Origin: a virus
Lineage: Duplodnaviria; Caudoviricetes
Virus record (IMG/VR): IMGVR_UViG_2775506945_000003
Length of the DNA stretch: 64,000 bases
Reading direction: 5' to 3' (one strand)
A program made the translations under genes and the position numbers. Shown piece after piece: positions 18,535 through 28,089 of this stretch (its first letter is position 1; the number at the start of each line of letters is the position of its first letter). The notes below the pieces were generated by a model. That model was not told the DNA's origin and did not search any database. It saw only the letters and a program-made list of their open reading frames with translations.

Positions 18535-20016
18535 TTACAGACGGTACTGCACGGAGGCCGCGAAGGTGACGAACTGGTTGACCAGATTGGGCGGCAGCAC
18601 GGCGTTGACGCGGTCCACGTCGGCGTCGCTGCGCATCACGATCAGGTCCTTCTTGAACTGCTCGGTGTCCTCCACGATGCCGGCGAATTCCAGCTCGCGG
18701 TGCAGGGCGATCAGTTCGGCGCGGATGATGGACGGCGTAACCAGGGCCTGGCCGGGGGAAACGTTGATGCCGTCGTTGGCCAGCTTGTGGCGCGGGAAAC
18801 GCAGGGCGATGCGGCTGCGCACGGCGTAGCGGTAGTAGTCGGCCGTCCACTTGGTTTCCAGGCGCAGCAGGCTTTCGTCATCCACGCCGAAGGGCGATTT
18901 CTGGTAAGTGGTGATCACCCGTTCCAGGATGATTTTGCCGCCGCTGTCCACCACGGTGGAGCTGATGCCGTCGCGCAGCAGCAGCTCGCGCTCGTTGCGG
19001 CCGAATCGGTCTTTCAACCGCGGCGCCAGCACGCCGGGCACCTCCACCGCGCGCAGCGGCAGCGCGGGATCGATCGCGCCGTGGAATTCGCACACGCAGG
19101 CCCAGGCGGCGGCGCGCACCGGCGCCCAGGTGGGGCAGCCCTTCAGGCCCCAGGCGCTGACGTGGGGGCTATTACGTGCCGCGCCCCAGGTCGTGAGCTG
19201 GGCGTGGGTGCCGTCCCGCGCGGTGAACACGTGGCCGGTGCGCATGTTCATGCCACTCCAGCGGCCATCCATGTCCGCCTCCAGCGCGGCCAGGCTGGCG
19301 CCGTCGCTGTAGGGGCTGACGATGCTGTAAAACCAGTCCTCCGCCACAGCGGCCAGCGCCGCGCCCACATCCGGACTGCCGGCGCCGCCGGCGAGGTTGG
19401 CGCAGACGGCGGTGATGCCGTCCGGCAGCACGTCCTCGTCGTAGTAGGCCACGGCCAGTTCCATGCCGTTGCCGGCGTCGCCCTTGTGCCGGCAGGCCAC
19501 CGATACCACGCCGGCGGCGGCGCTGGCGGTCACGGGCAGATCCGCGTTGGCGTTGATGGCGTCGGCCAGCTTGGCGGCCAGCGCGGCGTTGGTGTCGCCG
19601 ATGCTGGCGGCCGCACGCACCCGCTCGCCGCCAATCCAGGCAGTGAGCACGCCGGGCGTGGTGACGGCGCCGGTCAGGGTGATGGTTCCGCTGGCGGCCA
19701 CGCCGGCGGGCAGATCCTCCAGCGCCACGGCGTAAACATCGATCAGGCCATAGCGGGCCTTCACCGCATCAAGGCCGCGCGCCATGGCGTGCAGCATGGA
19801 GCCGCGGCCGTACTTGGTGGCGGCGTCGTCGGCGTTGAGGATGCGGGACGGGACCAGCGCCGCGGTCTTGCCGGCAGGCAGGCGCTGGCCCAGAACCAGC
19901 AGCTTGCGCTCCATCTGCGGCAGGCCGCGCACGGCCTTGGTGTGGTCGATCTCCACATAGACGCCGCCGGTGCGGACGCCCACGGGGATAGACATGTAGG
20001 TGATGTTGTCGGGCAT
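18535..20016 (-). CDS. Tail sheath protein (Mu L-like)
   Basis: GVYVEID, YGRGSMLH, LLRDGIS, RVITTYQ, FPRHKLA. Confidence 0.95.
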   Translation of the reverse strand: MPDNITYMSIPVGVRTGGVYVEIDHTKAVRGLPQMERKLLVLGQRLPAGKTAALVPSRILNADDAATKYGRGSMLHAMARGLDAVKARYGLIDVYAVALEDLPAGVAASGTITLTGAVTTPGVLTAWIGGERVRAAASIGDTNAALAAKLADAINANADLPVTASAAAGVVSVACRHKGDAGNGMELAVAYYDEDVLPDGITAVCANLAGGAGSPDVGAALAAVAEDWFYSIVSPYSDGASLAALEADMDGRWSGMNMRTGHVFTARDGTHAQLTTWGAARNSPHVSAWGLKGCPTWAPVRAAAWACVCEFHGAIDPALPLRAVEVPGVLAPRLKDRFGRNERELLLRDGISSTVVDSGGKIILERVITTYQKSPFGVDDESLLRLETKWTADYYRYAVRSRIALRFPRHKLANDGINVSPGQALVTPSIIRAELIALHRELEFAGIVEDTEQFKKDLIVMRSDADVDRVNAVLPPNLVNQFVTFAASVQYRL

Positions 20017-20019
20017 GGC

Positions 20020-20217
20020 TTATGCCTCCGCTTTCTGTCTCGCCGGCTTGGCCGGTTCGGGCTGAACTTCCATCGCGTCGCCATCGGCGATGCGGCGGCG
20101 GTAATAGGCGGTGAGCGGCACGGGCTGGCCAGCGGCCGGCAGGTAGCCGCTGCCGTCCTCCAGCCGTACCAGCAGGCCGTCAGCCGCCGGTTTCAGGTTG
20201 ATCATGATCGGGTCCAT
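20020..20217 (-). CDS. DUF2635 / Mu gp38-like protein
   Basis: KPA.GLLVR..G..LP..G..V..AYYRRRIADGD. Confidence 0.8.
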   Translation of the reverse strand: MDPIMINLKPAADGLLVRLEDGSGYLPAAGQPVPLTAYYRRRIADGDAMEVQPEPAKPARQKAEA

Positions 20218-20791
20218 GCTGCTGGGTCTCCAAGGTAAGTTCCGGCCGGCTGGCGCTGTAGTCGCCGTTCAGCCATTTGATGTGCTCGTCGCGGGTTTCG
20301 TGGGGCGCCAGATCCACGTCCATGTGGGCGCGCAGTAGGCGGCCGGGCTGCTGGTTGGGCGGATAGGTTTCGCTGTCCGGCGCGTCGGCCTCGTCCAGCG
20401 GGCCCATATTCAGCTCCAGCGCCACCCAGCCATAGGGGAATTCCAGCTGGGAACTGAAGCGGGCGCTGCGCAGCGTCAGCCGCGGCACGGCCGGGCCAGG
20501 ATTGCACAGCCAGGCCCGCAGCTGGCCGTACAGCACCAGCTCGGCCGCTTCCACATCCCGCGGCTGGCTGACATGCTTGCGCACCTGCAGCTGGCCAACC
20601 ACGCGCAGCCGCAACGTGCTGTCCCAGTCGCCGGGTTCGATCTCCGGCAGCAGCGCCGTCACCACGCCCCGCTCCAGTTCGGCCGGCTGGCGCTGGGGGT
20701 GATCCACCAGGGACGCGGAGTGAATGCGATCGGGCAGCGCGGCGGCCAGGCTGGCGCGCAGAGCGCCCATTGCGCGGGCGATGGCGGTCAC
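20180..20791 (-). CDS. Putative tail terminator / completion protein
   Basis: Position upstream of sheath module. Confidence 0.55.
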   Translation of the reverse strand: MTAIARAMGALRASLAAALPDRIHSASLVDHPQRQPAELERGVVTALLPEIEPGDWDSTLRLRVVGQLQVRKHVSQPRDVEAAELVLYGQLRAWLCNPGPAVPRLTLRSARFSSQLEFPYGWVALELNMGPLDEADAPDSETYPPNQQPGRLLRAHMDVDLAPHETRDEHIKWLNGDYSASRPELTLETQQHGPDHDQPETGG

Positions 20792-21066
20792 TTGGCCCGC
20801 CCTTGCTGGTACAGCCGCTCCAGCATCTGCGCCAGCTTGGCGTCAATGTCCTTCAAGGTTCCGCGCACCTCTGACAGGCGTTCGTCCTGCTGGCGATCAA
20901 TCAGCGCTTGCTGCACCTGTTTTTCTTCCAGCACGGTGAGCCGGCGGTCCAGCGTGAGCATGAAGCCCGCCAGGGTGCCCACCAGCGCCAGGGTGGTCAG
21001 CACGTCACCCAGGTTGATGCGGCGGTCAAATTGCCAGCCTTGAGGGCGATTGGTATCAGCGGCCAT
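20788..21066 (-). CDS. Small membrane + coiled-coil phage protein
   Basis: One TM segment then coiled coil. Confidence 0.6.
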   Translation of the reverse strand: MAADTNRPQGWQFDRRINLGDVLTTLALVGTLAGFMLTLDRRLTVLEEKQVQQALIDRQQDERLSEVRGTLKDIDAKLAQMLERLYQQGRAK

Positions 21067-21619
21067 CTTGGGTCCTTTCCAATTTGATCAGCGCGTCACG
21101 GCCGGCGGCGACGGACTGGCACCAGGCGCCATAGTCGCGGGCATGGGCGAGGAGGTCCGCGCGTGATACCCCGCTGTCAGCTGGGGTGGCGGCGGCATCG
21201 TTCGCGTCAGGTTGTCCGGCAGCCGGGGCGCTGGCGTCGGCGCGCAGACCGAGGGCGTCGTTGTAGACCCGCAGGCCGTCAACAGAGAGCAGGCCAGGAT
21301 TGTCAGCGCCGGCACGCGGCGCAGGGAGTTGAGCGGCACGGGGTATCCTCCGGGTGAACTGCTCGCGCGCGGCGTCCAGCGCGGTCAGGGTGACATCCAG
21401 CTGTCCGGACACGTCGGCCAGCTGGCGGGTTTGCTCGTGGTAGCGTTGCAGGGCGGCGGCGCCGTCGATGCGCCGCTGCTCCGCCACCTGGGCGCGGTAG
21501 GTGGCCAGTTCGGTTCTGCCGGAGGCGCGGCCCATCTGAAACGCCCAGCACCCCGCGATTGCCCCAGACGCCAGTCCCACCAGCAAGGGCCACGTCAGGC
21601 GCTGAAGAAAATCAGCCAT
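21056..21619 (-). CDS. i-spanin (Rz-like)
   Basis: N-terminal TM plus Ala-rich coiled coil, after holin. Confidence 0.7.
   Translation of the reverse strand: MADFLQRLTWPLLVGLASGAIAGCWAFQMGRASGRTELATYRAQVAEQRRIDGAAALQRYHEQTRQLADVSGQLDVTLTALDAAREQFTRRIPRAAQLPAPRAGADNPGLLSVDGLRVYNDALGLRADASAPAAGQPDANDAAATPADSGVSRADLLAHARDYGAWCQSVAAGRDALIKLERTQDGR
21088..21339 (-). CDS. Embedded o-spanin (Rz1-like lipoprotein)
   Basis: Lipobox LTAC, Pro-rich, nested in i-spanin. Confidence 0.7.
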   Translation of the reverse strand: MPLNSLRRVPALTILACSLLTACGSTTTPSVCAPTPAPRLPDNLTRTMPPPPQLTAGYHARTSSPMPATMAPGASPSPPAVTR

Positions 21620-21812
21620 CGCCGTCTCCCTTCCCATCCGGCAATACCGCTCCGACCAACCCCGCCAACGCCAGACCGGCGGTAACGATGGCCTCTTGCT
21701 GCTCCGGTGACAGCGCCAGTCCGCAGGCGGTGGCAACCAACACCACGCCGCGCCAGGTAGACGGTTCGCCGGCCCGCGCCAGCAGGTATCGCTTCAGGTT
21801 CTGCCAAGCCAT
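21612..21812 (-). CDS. Putative holin
   Basis: EPSTWRG motif, two TM segments. Confidence 0.7.
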   Translation of the reverse strand: MAWQNLKRYLLARAGEPSTWRGVVLVATACGLALSPEQQEAIVTAGLALAGLVGAVLPDGKGDGDG

Positions 21813-22219
21813 CACTGGTAGCCCTTTGCCAGTTCGAAATGGGGAAACTCCCGGAATGGCGCGCCAGGCCGGCCGTACCAGTTCAAACCCAGCGCCATGC
21901 CGATCTGGCCGGCGGTTTGCCATGCGGGGTGCGTGTCGTTCCACATGGGCTTGCCGTTCACCAGCGGCACGATGTCGAAGGCGCGCGCCGCCGGTTTGCC
22001 GGCGATAGTGGCGTTGTGCGCGCTTTGCCCGGCCCGGGCGTTGGTTACCCGTAGCCCGGGCTGGGTGCGGCCCTGGGCATATAGCGCGTCCTGCTCGGCG
22101 CCGCTGCGCCAAGTGCAGGTGATGAGCACGTCCAGGCCGGCGGCCTTGCAGCGGTCCAGAAACTGGCGCGCCAGCGGCTGGAGATCGGGGTGGAGATCAT
22201 CAATTCTTCTGCTGGGCAT
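21812..22219 (-). CDS. Endolysin, M15 family L-Ala-D-Glu peptidase
   Basis: RS..EQDALYAQGRT, SAHN, AFDI, PHFE. Confidence 0.9.
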   Translation of the reverse strand: MPSRRIDDLHPDLQPLARQFLDRCKAAGLDVLITCTWRSGAEQDALYAQGRTQPGLRVTNARAGQSAHNATIAGKPAARAFDIVPLVNGKPMWNDTHPAWQTAGQIGMALGLNWYGRPGAPFREFPHFELAKGYQ

Positions 22220-22220
22220 A

Positions 22221-22757
22221 TCAGCCTCCATCACTGCCGGTGAATGCATAGTGGCCGCCCACGCCTGTCACAGCGCGCACGCCGGCCTCCGCGCCCTCGC
22301 GCAGAATGGCAAACAGCCGGGATTGGGATTCGTCGTATGCGGGTTTGAAAAACGGCGCCGCCTGGGTGCCGTGGTCGCGGAAGTACCGCGCCAGGCCACC
22401 GGCGCGGCGGCGGGCTTGCTTCTCGTCCAGCCCGTGCTTGATGCGCAGCCACTCGGCCAGCGGACGGATGGGCGGCAGCCCCCGGTAGCCCGGGGCGGTG
22501 CCGTCTTCCACAAAACGGGCGTAGCGCACGCCGGCCACCACGTCGCGCGCCATGGCAAACGGGCGTTGAACGTGAATGGCGTTCATCAGCGTGGTGAAGC
22601 CCATGCTGCGGTTGCTGCGCAGCTTCTGGCGCACGGCGCGGTTCAGGTATTGGCCGGCGCGCTCCACCCGCAGCTCCATCGCCCTCGCCATGGCCTGCGG
22701 CGCCCGCTCAAACGCGGCGCGCACCACGTCGTCGTTGACGTATACGTTGCCGATCAC
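22221..22757 (-). CDS. HK97 gp10-like neck / tail completion protein
   Basis: YARFVEDGT; HGTQAAPFFKPA. Confidence 0.75.
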   Translation of the reverse strand: MIGNVYVNDDVVRAAFERAPQAMARAMELRVERAGQYLNRAVRQKLRSNRSMGFTTLMNAIHVQRPFAMARDVVAGVRYARFVEDGTAPGYRGLPPIRPLAEWLRIKHGLDEKQARRRAGGLARYFRDHGTQAAPFFKPAYDESQSRLFAILREGAEAGVRAVTGVGGHYAFTGSDGG

Positions 22758-23383
22758 AGGCAGATCCTCCGCTCGAATTCCTCCATCAGCACCGTGTGCA
22801 TATAGGATGGCGTGCCGTTGCGCGGGGTGGCGCTGATGCCGTCGTGTACCTGATAAGGCGTGGTAGTGTTGGAGATGGACAGCTCGCGCATGGCCTCGGC
22901 CTGGGCGCGCAGCAGCACCAGCGGCTCGTCGCCGGCCGGGATGGTGCTACCCTCCTCGTCCAACGTATGGCGAGCGCGGTAGCGGTAGCTGGCGGCGCTA
23001 CCCAGCAGGCCGATCTGGCGCGCGGACGGCGCCGGCATCAGGTACAGCACGCGGCGATCGCCATCGCGGCTGACGCGCATGTCCGGCAGGCGACCAGGCC
23101 ATCCATCCGCCCACACCGGCAGCCGCGCCTTGTCCGCCCGGCCCCAGTCAAACGCCTGCACCGCCACCAGGTCAGCCGGGCAGTCGTACACCACGCGCTC
23201 GGCCTCCAGCTGCAGGCGGCCCAGCACGATCAGCGGCCGGCGCCGGCTGTAGTCGTCCAGCGCCACCTGCAGCAGGCGCTGGAACTCCGCCAGACTGCCC
23301 CGCTCCGGTTCGCGGTCGAACTCCTCCGCGGCGCCTAGCATGCTGGCGCGCAGGTTCTGGGCCAGGGCGGACAGGGTGGTCAC
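22754..23383 (-). CDS. Putative head-tail adaptor
   Basis: Position after capsid; coupled starts. Confidence 0.55.
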   Translation of the reverse strand: MTTLSALAQNLRASMLGAAEEFDREPERGSLAEFQRLLQVALDDYSRRRPLIVLGRLQLEAERVVYDCPADLVAVQAFDWGRADKARLPVWADGWPGRLPDMRVSRDGDRRVLYLMPAPSARQIGLLGSAASYRYRARHTLDEEGSTIPAGDEPLVLLRAQAEAMRELSISNTTTPYQVHDGISATPRNGTPSYMHTVLMEEFERRICL

Positions 23384-23883
23384 TTTTGCTTGCCCTTGGT
23401 GGCCTTGGGCTCAACTACCAGCGCGCCGGCATCGCTCGCCAGGACATTGACGGTCGCGGTATCCGATTCGCCAGCGGCCAGATCCAGGCCCTGGGTCTCG
23501 TCAACCTCACCGCCTTCACCCTCCAGTGGAGGCCGGCTTTCGCCCGGCGCGCCCAGCGACTCGCTGGCCAGGGTGAGCAGCCGTTCGGACACGGCCGCCA
23601 GCACGTCCTTGCGGCGGCCCTCGGCCTGTTCGCGCTCGCCCAACTGCTCCAGGTCCTCGCGCGCCAGCACCGGAATGGCGGACAACAGCTCGGAAAACGG
23701 CCCGGCAAGCAGCGCGTCCACGATATGGACCGGGGCGTCTTCGTCCAGGGCGAGATCTGCCGCGGCATAGTCGGGCAGCATGCTGGCGTCGACTTCGCGG
23801 GTTTCGCCAGGCGGCACCAGCATGGTGCCGACCGTCTTGTAATGTTCGGTGTCGTTGTAGTACGGGATTTTCATCTGTCGCAT
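23380..23883 (-). CDS. Acidic phage hypothetical protein
   Basis: Directly downstream of capsid gene. Confidence 0.55.
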   Translation of the reverse strand: MRQMKIPYYNDTEHYKTVGTMLVPPGETREVDASMLPDYAAADLALDEDAPVHIVDALLAGPFSELLSAIPVLAREDLEQLGEREQAEGRRKDVLAAVSERLLTLASESLGAPGESRPPLEGEGGEVDETQGLDLAAGESDTATVNVLASDAGALVVEPKATKGKQK

Positions 23884-23919
23884 CCGGTGATGCGGCTCGC
23901 CGGCGGCGGGCCGGCTGGG

Positions 23920-26484
23920 TTACAGCGCCGCGCGGGCGGTGCTGGAGTACACGATTACGCTGGTGAAGCGGTTGCGCACCGGACGCGGCACGGCGATGGC
24001 GTTGTACTCCTCGCCATAGGCGGCTTTCTTGCCGATCGGATGGCCATCCGGCCCCGTCAGCTCGAACGGCTCACCCGTCACGAACGGCTTGGCGATGGTG
24101 TAGCCCAGCACATTGCGCTGGCCCATCAGAATGCGCTCGTCGCCCAAGTCCACGCCTGGCGCGTTGGTGCCGTATGCCGGGATGTCCTTGATCGCCTCCA
24201 GGTCGCCCTGGGCGTTGGTGTCGCTTCCGTTGCGCTTTTGGCTCGCCACGAACTGCTCGGCGTTGGTGGCGGTGTCGTTCAAGGTCGGCGACATCAACAG
24301 GAATTCCGGCGCCACATAACGCTGGCTGTTCATCATCGCCTTGCGGCTGCCCACCTTTTGAATCAGGCCGTTCAGCCACTTCTCCGTCGTCACGCCGCCC
24401 TGCGGATCCAGGTCAAACTTGGTGACGTTCGTCGCCGCGGCGTAGCTGATGGCGTTGGTGCCGGTGGCGGCCGGGGCCACGGGCTGGCCGGCCTGGTCCA
24501 CGAACTGCAGCGTGCCCAGGTTGAAGCTGAGCACGCGCCAGTAGGTGCCGGCTACCTGCTTGCCGCTGCCGTCCCATTGCTTGATCTGCACGCTATTCAA
24601 CGTGACGGTGATCGGGTTTTCCGGCAGGCCCACGGCGCTGCCCTGCATGTCCCGCGCCTGGAAGGGACGCACCACCGGCCACTGCGCCAATTTGACCAGC
24701 GATTTGCCGCTGCCCAGCTGGGAGGTGAGGTTTTCATTGTTCACCGGCACGGCCAGATAGCTGTCCGATGCGCGCTGCAGCTCGTTGCAGATCCGGCGCG
24801 CCACCAGCTCGCGCAGTACGCGGGCGTTACTCTCGATATTGCGGCCCATCGCGTCCCAGTTCAGCGCGGAGGCGCGGGTGAAGAACTGCACCTCGTTGGT
24901 GATCGACAGCGCCAGCTTCATCGGGGTGACGGACACCGTATCCATTGCCTGGGTGATGCCGGCAAACGGGATCGACTGGCCCTCGTAGACCACGCCATCG
25001 TTCATCACCTGGCTGACGTCGCGCAGTTCATACGGGATCTGCGTGGTCGCGGCGCCGGAGAAGTCGGTCAGGGTCTGCACCAGGGACAGCACGTTGAGGT
25101 CCGAAAGTGCTTCGCGGATCACCTCGCGCTGCACGCCCAGCGGCAGCGCGGTGTTGCCCATGTCCAGCGTGCCCTGCCCCTGCGCCAGCACGCGGTATTC
25201 CGCGTCCAGCCGCGGCGCGTGGATGCGGTCGTATTCGGCCAGCACGCGCTGGCAGAACGGTGGCAGCGTCTGCTTGGCATCCAGGTGCAGCTGGCCGGCG
25301 GCGGACGACTTGGCCAGGTTCTCGCGGAAGAACTCGCTGAGCTTCTTCACGCCGTCGGCGATCACGGTGATCTGCGGCGAGCCGGCAGGGCCGTAACCCA
25401 GCTGGGCCAGCTGCCGGGCGGCGGCCACCTCGTTGGCGTTCTTGATCTGCATCTCGGCCAGCGCTCGCACCTGGTCGTCGGTGGTGTCGGCGGTGATCAC
25501 GCCGGCGGCGGCCTCGGCCAGCGCCTTCTTGGTGGCATCGTCCAGACCTGCGGCGGCGGCGATGGTTTCGGCCAGCAGCTTGCGCTTGCCTTCGGTGGTT
25601 TCGGCCAGCTGCTTGGCGGCGGTGTCCCGCTCGGCCAGCGCCTTGGCCACGGCCGCGCCGACGTCGGCCTGGTTCACGCCGCCGACGGACAGCTGGATCA
25701 CCGGCGCCGGGCCATTCGCCGGCAGCTTGGAAAGCTGCTCGGACAGCTGAATGGCCGCCTGCTCCAGCTGCTCGCACAGCTGCTTGGCCTGGGCTTCGTC
25801 GGTGATGCCTTCCAGTTGGGCCTCGGCCAGCGTTTTGACGGCGGCCACCGCCTGCTCGGACAGTTTGCGCGCGGCTAGGGCCTCCAGCAGCGCCTTCAGA
25901 TACTTGTTCATCGTGGTTTTCGCCTCGGAAAGGAGAGTTCGCGCCAGCTCCGGGTGGAGCAGCAATGGGATGTCCGCGCCGGAATCGCACGACAGCGTGA
26001 CGGGGTCCAAGCGCTTGATCACCGGACGCACGGTGAGGCCTGCACCCAACAGGACGGGGCCATGGAGCCGGCCCTGTTCGTTGTCCTGCCAGTTTTCGGA
26101 GAATTCAGCGGAGAGATAGCGGAAGCCGCGGCCCTTGACCGCATCGCGGCCAAAGTCGGTCCACTCCACCAGCGCGCGCAGCCGGCCGCCCTCCACCGCC
26201 AGCCGTAGGATCTTGGCGGCGGCGCCGTCGCCAGGCTGGTGGTTCACGTCCAGGAAGATATCGGTGCCCACCACGCCGGCGTCGAAATTGCGGACCATGG
26301 CTAGCAGCATGTCGCGGGAGATATCGAAGCGCCCATAGCGCGGATCGGTAAACGAACCCTCCCGGGTGAGCGTCACCCAGCTGGTGGGCTTGGCGTCCGG
26401 CACGTCGGCCATACCGGCCAGCAGGCGGACTACCTGGCTGGGCTGGGTGTTTTCAGAGAGTTGGAAGTGTCGGGGTACTTGCAT
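23920..26484 (-). CDS. Fused Mu I-like protease / scaffold / major capsid protein
   Basis: DVNH, VEWT, YLSAEF, GAGLTVRP protease; Ala-rich scaffold; capsid-like C-terminal half. Confidence 0.85.
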   Translation of the reverse strand: MQVPRHFQLSENTQPSQVVRLLAGMADVPDAKPTSWVTLTREGSFTDPRYGRFDISRDMLLAMVRNFDAGVVGTDIFLDVNHQPGDGAAAKILRLAVEGGRLRALVEWTDFGRDAVKGRGFRYLSAEFSENWQDNEQGRLHGPVLLGAGLTVRPVIKRLDPVTLSCDSGADIPLLLHPELARTLLSEAKTTMNKYLKALLEALAARKLSEQAVAAVKTLAEAQLEGITDEAQAKQLCEQLEQAAIQLSEQLSKLPANGPAPVIQLSVGGVNQADVGAAVAKALAERDTAAKQLAETTEGKRKLLAETIAAAAGLDDATKKALAEAAAGVITADTTDDQVRALAEMQIKNANEVAAARQLAQLGYGPAGSPQITVIADGVKKLSEFFRENLAKSSAAGQLHLDAKQTLPPFCQRVLAEYDRIHAPRLDAEYRVLAQGQGTLDMGNTALPLGVQREVIREALSDLNVLSLVQTLTDFSGAATTQIPYELRDVSQVMNDGVVYEGQSIPFAGITQAMDTVSVTPMKLALSITNEVQFFTRASALNWDAMGRNIESNARVLRELVARRICNELQRASDSYLAVPVNNENLTSQLGSGKSLVKLAQWPVVRPFQARDMQGSAVGLPENPITVTLNSVQIKQWDGSGKQVAGTYWRVLSFNLGTLQFVDQAGQPVAPAATGTNAISYAAATNVTKFDLDPQGGVTTEKWLNGLIQKVGSRKAMMNSQRYVAPEFLLMSPTLNDTATNAEQFVASQKRNGSDTNAQGDLEAIKDIPAYGTNAPGVDLGDERILMGQRNVLGYTIAKPFVTGEPFELTGPDGHPIGKKAAYGEEYNAIAVPRPVRNRFTSVIVYSSTARAAL

Positions 26485-26524
26485 CGCCTACCTGCCAGAA
26501 ACGCGCGGATGCGCGGTTTCTAGC

Positions 26525-26566
26525 AGGGTAAGCATGGGGGGATGGTGGGATAAGGGGGGGATTTGG
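26525..26566 (-). promoter_or_regulatory. Late promoter motif copy 2 (before capsid)
   Basis: CCAAATCCCCCCCTTATCCCACC-N13-TACCCT. Confidence 0.7.
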
Positions 26567-26587
26567 AGGTATGATGTTTCAATTTTC

Positions 26588-28000
26588 ATGGCTGCTAACA
26601 TGCCAATCATCGCAGAGCTGCTTTCCTTGCTTGATCGCCAACAAGTGCTTCAAGCCATTCATCGACTGGATGAGGGGACGCTAACTCGCTTTGCCGACTC
26701 CACCGCATTTGACCTGCTCTACCAGGGCAAGCGTTATGCGCCCAAAGCCGTCGCGGGTCTAGCGCTGGAGATTGCATACCAGCGCGAGTTTCGGCCATCG
26801 GACTTCAAGGGCGGAGAAGGCTCCAGCGCATTTCTCGCGCTGCGCCGCTGCGGTTTCACCATCATCCCCAAGATGGAGAGAAACTTGACCACATCGCTGA
26901 CAACCACCATTGCAGACATACTCCGCCTGCAGACTCAATATTCCTCCGAAAACAGCAAACCAATGCAAGAGCGCGGAGTATTGGTGCGCACAATATTTCG
27001 GGACATTCTCTATTCCCGAATGGAGCAGTTCGAACCACTATTCTCGGAAAAAGGCTATGAGTGCATGGTGGAAGGCCGAGATGGCATCGGCCGTAAAACC
27101 ATCTCCCCTTGGATCCGCCTTTATGACCCGAAGATGTCCCCGTCTGCCACTCAGGGCTGGTATATCGTAATCCACTTCTCTAGCAAAGGGGATGTCTTCT
27201 ATCTGACGATTGGCTGCGGCTCCACCATCATCAAAGGCAGCGCCATTATCCATGTAGATTCGGACGTGCTTAAAGAGAAAATCAAGTGGGCAAAAAGCTG
27301 CTTCGCCAAAAAACCGCGAGAGTCGAGGTCCTTTTCAAACAAAATTGAATTGCACGGCAACAATCTCTCTGACCAGTTTGAAAAAGCGACCGCATTCGCA
27401 AAGCGCTACCCAATCCAAAGTTTCAATGAAAGTGAGTTCTGGCAAGATTTGCAGACCCTTTGCGGCATGTTGGTCACCATTTATGAAGCGGAGCGGCTTG
27501 GAAAATCGCCACACTCGGAATCACCGGAAGCGTACGAGCACCAGTTCCAGCTTGCCGAAACCATTAGGCCAAGGAAAAGCGCCAGTCCAGGACAAGGACG
27601 GTTCCTCAAACAAGCGGAGAAGAAGGCCGTGGAACTCCATGCCATGGAAGCTGTGCGCACGGCCCTGCCCGACCATGGGTTTACCGACATCCATGACACG
27701 TCGGCCAAAGAGTCCTACGACTTCTCAGCGCGCAAGGATGGAAATGACTGGTTTATTGAGGTAAAAGGCACCACCAGCGCCAAGGCCGACTCGTTCCTGT
27801 TGACCGCCAACGAGCTAACGCTTCACAGGCAGCACCAAGGCAGAACAGTGCTGGCCATCGTTTACGATATCGATCTGGATCACAGCGCTGATACACCAAA
27901 GGCGAGCGGGGGCATGCTGTCTCTAAGCATCCCGTGGGATCCAGAGCAGTGGGACTTCATCCCCACTGTCTATTCCGCATCAAAAAAAATCGCCAATTAA
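26588..28000 (+). CDS. Candidate modification-dependent nuclease: McrA-head-like + DUF3578 (McrB-N) + DUF3883 PD-(D/E)XK
   Basis: GKRYAPKA..FKGG; GIG..PWI..GWYIV..F; SYDF..IEVKGTT..LTANE. Confidence 0.7.
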   Translation: MAANMPIIAELLSLLDRQQVLQAIHRLDEGTLTRFADSTAFDLLYQGKRYAPKAVAGLALEIAYQREFRPSDFKGGEGSSAFLALRRCGFTIIPKMERNLTTSLTTTIADILRLQTQYSSENSKPMQERGVLVRTIFRDILYSRMEQFEPLFSEKGYECMVEGRDGIGRKTISPWIRLYDPKMSPSATQGWYIVIHFSSKGDVFYLTIGCGSTIIKGSAIIHVDSDVLKEKIKWAKSCFAKKPRESRSFSNKIELHGNNLSDQFEKATAFAKRYPIQSFNESEFWQDLQTLCGMLVTIYEAERLGKSPHSESPEAYEHQFQLAETIRPRKSASPGQGRFLKQAEKKAVELHAMEAVRTALPDHGFTDIHDTSAKESYDFSARKDGNDWFIEVKGTTSAKADSFLLTANELTLHRQHQGRTVLAIVYDIDLDHSADTPKASGGMLSLSIPWDPEQWDFIPTVYSASKKIAN

Positions 28001-28089
28001 GTCCGTATTTCTTTTGTGATAGGGGGGGGCGGATTACCTTGCCCCAACATACCAAATGAAAGTCGGCGCGTAAGAATAAGCTAGAAAAT

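Noticed and set aside
23386-25878. Long plus-strand ORFs (also 53874-56555, 18517-20238, 10466-12013)
   Set aside because: Antisense shadows of GC-rich structural genes
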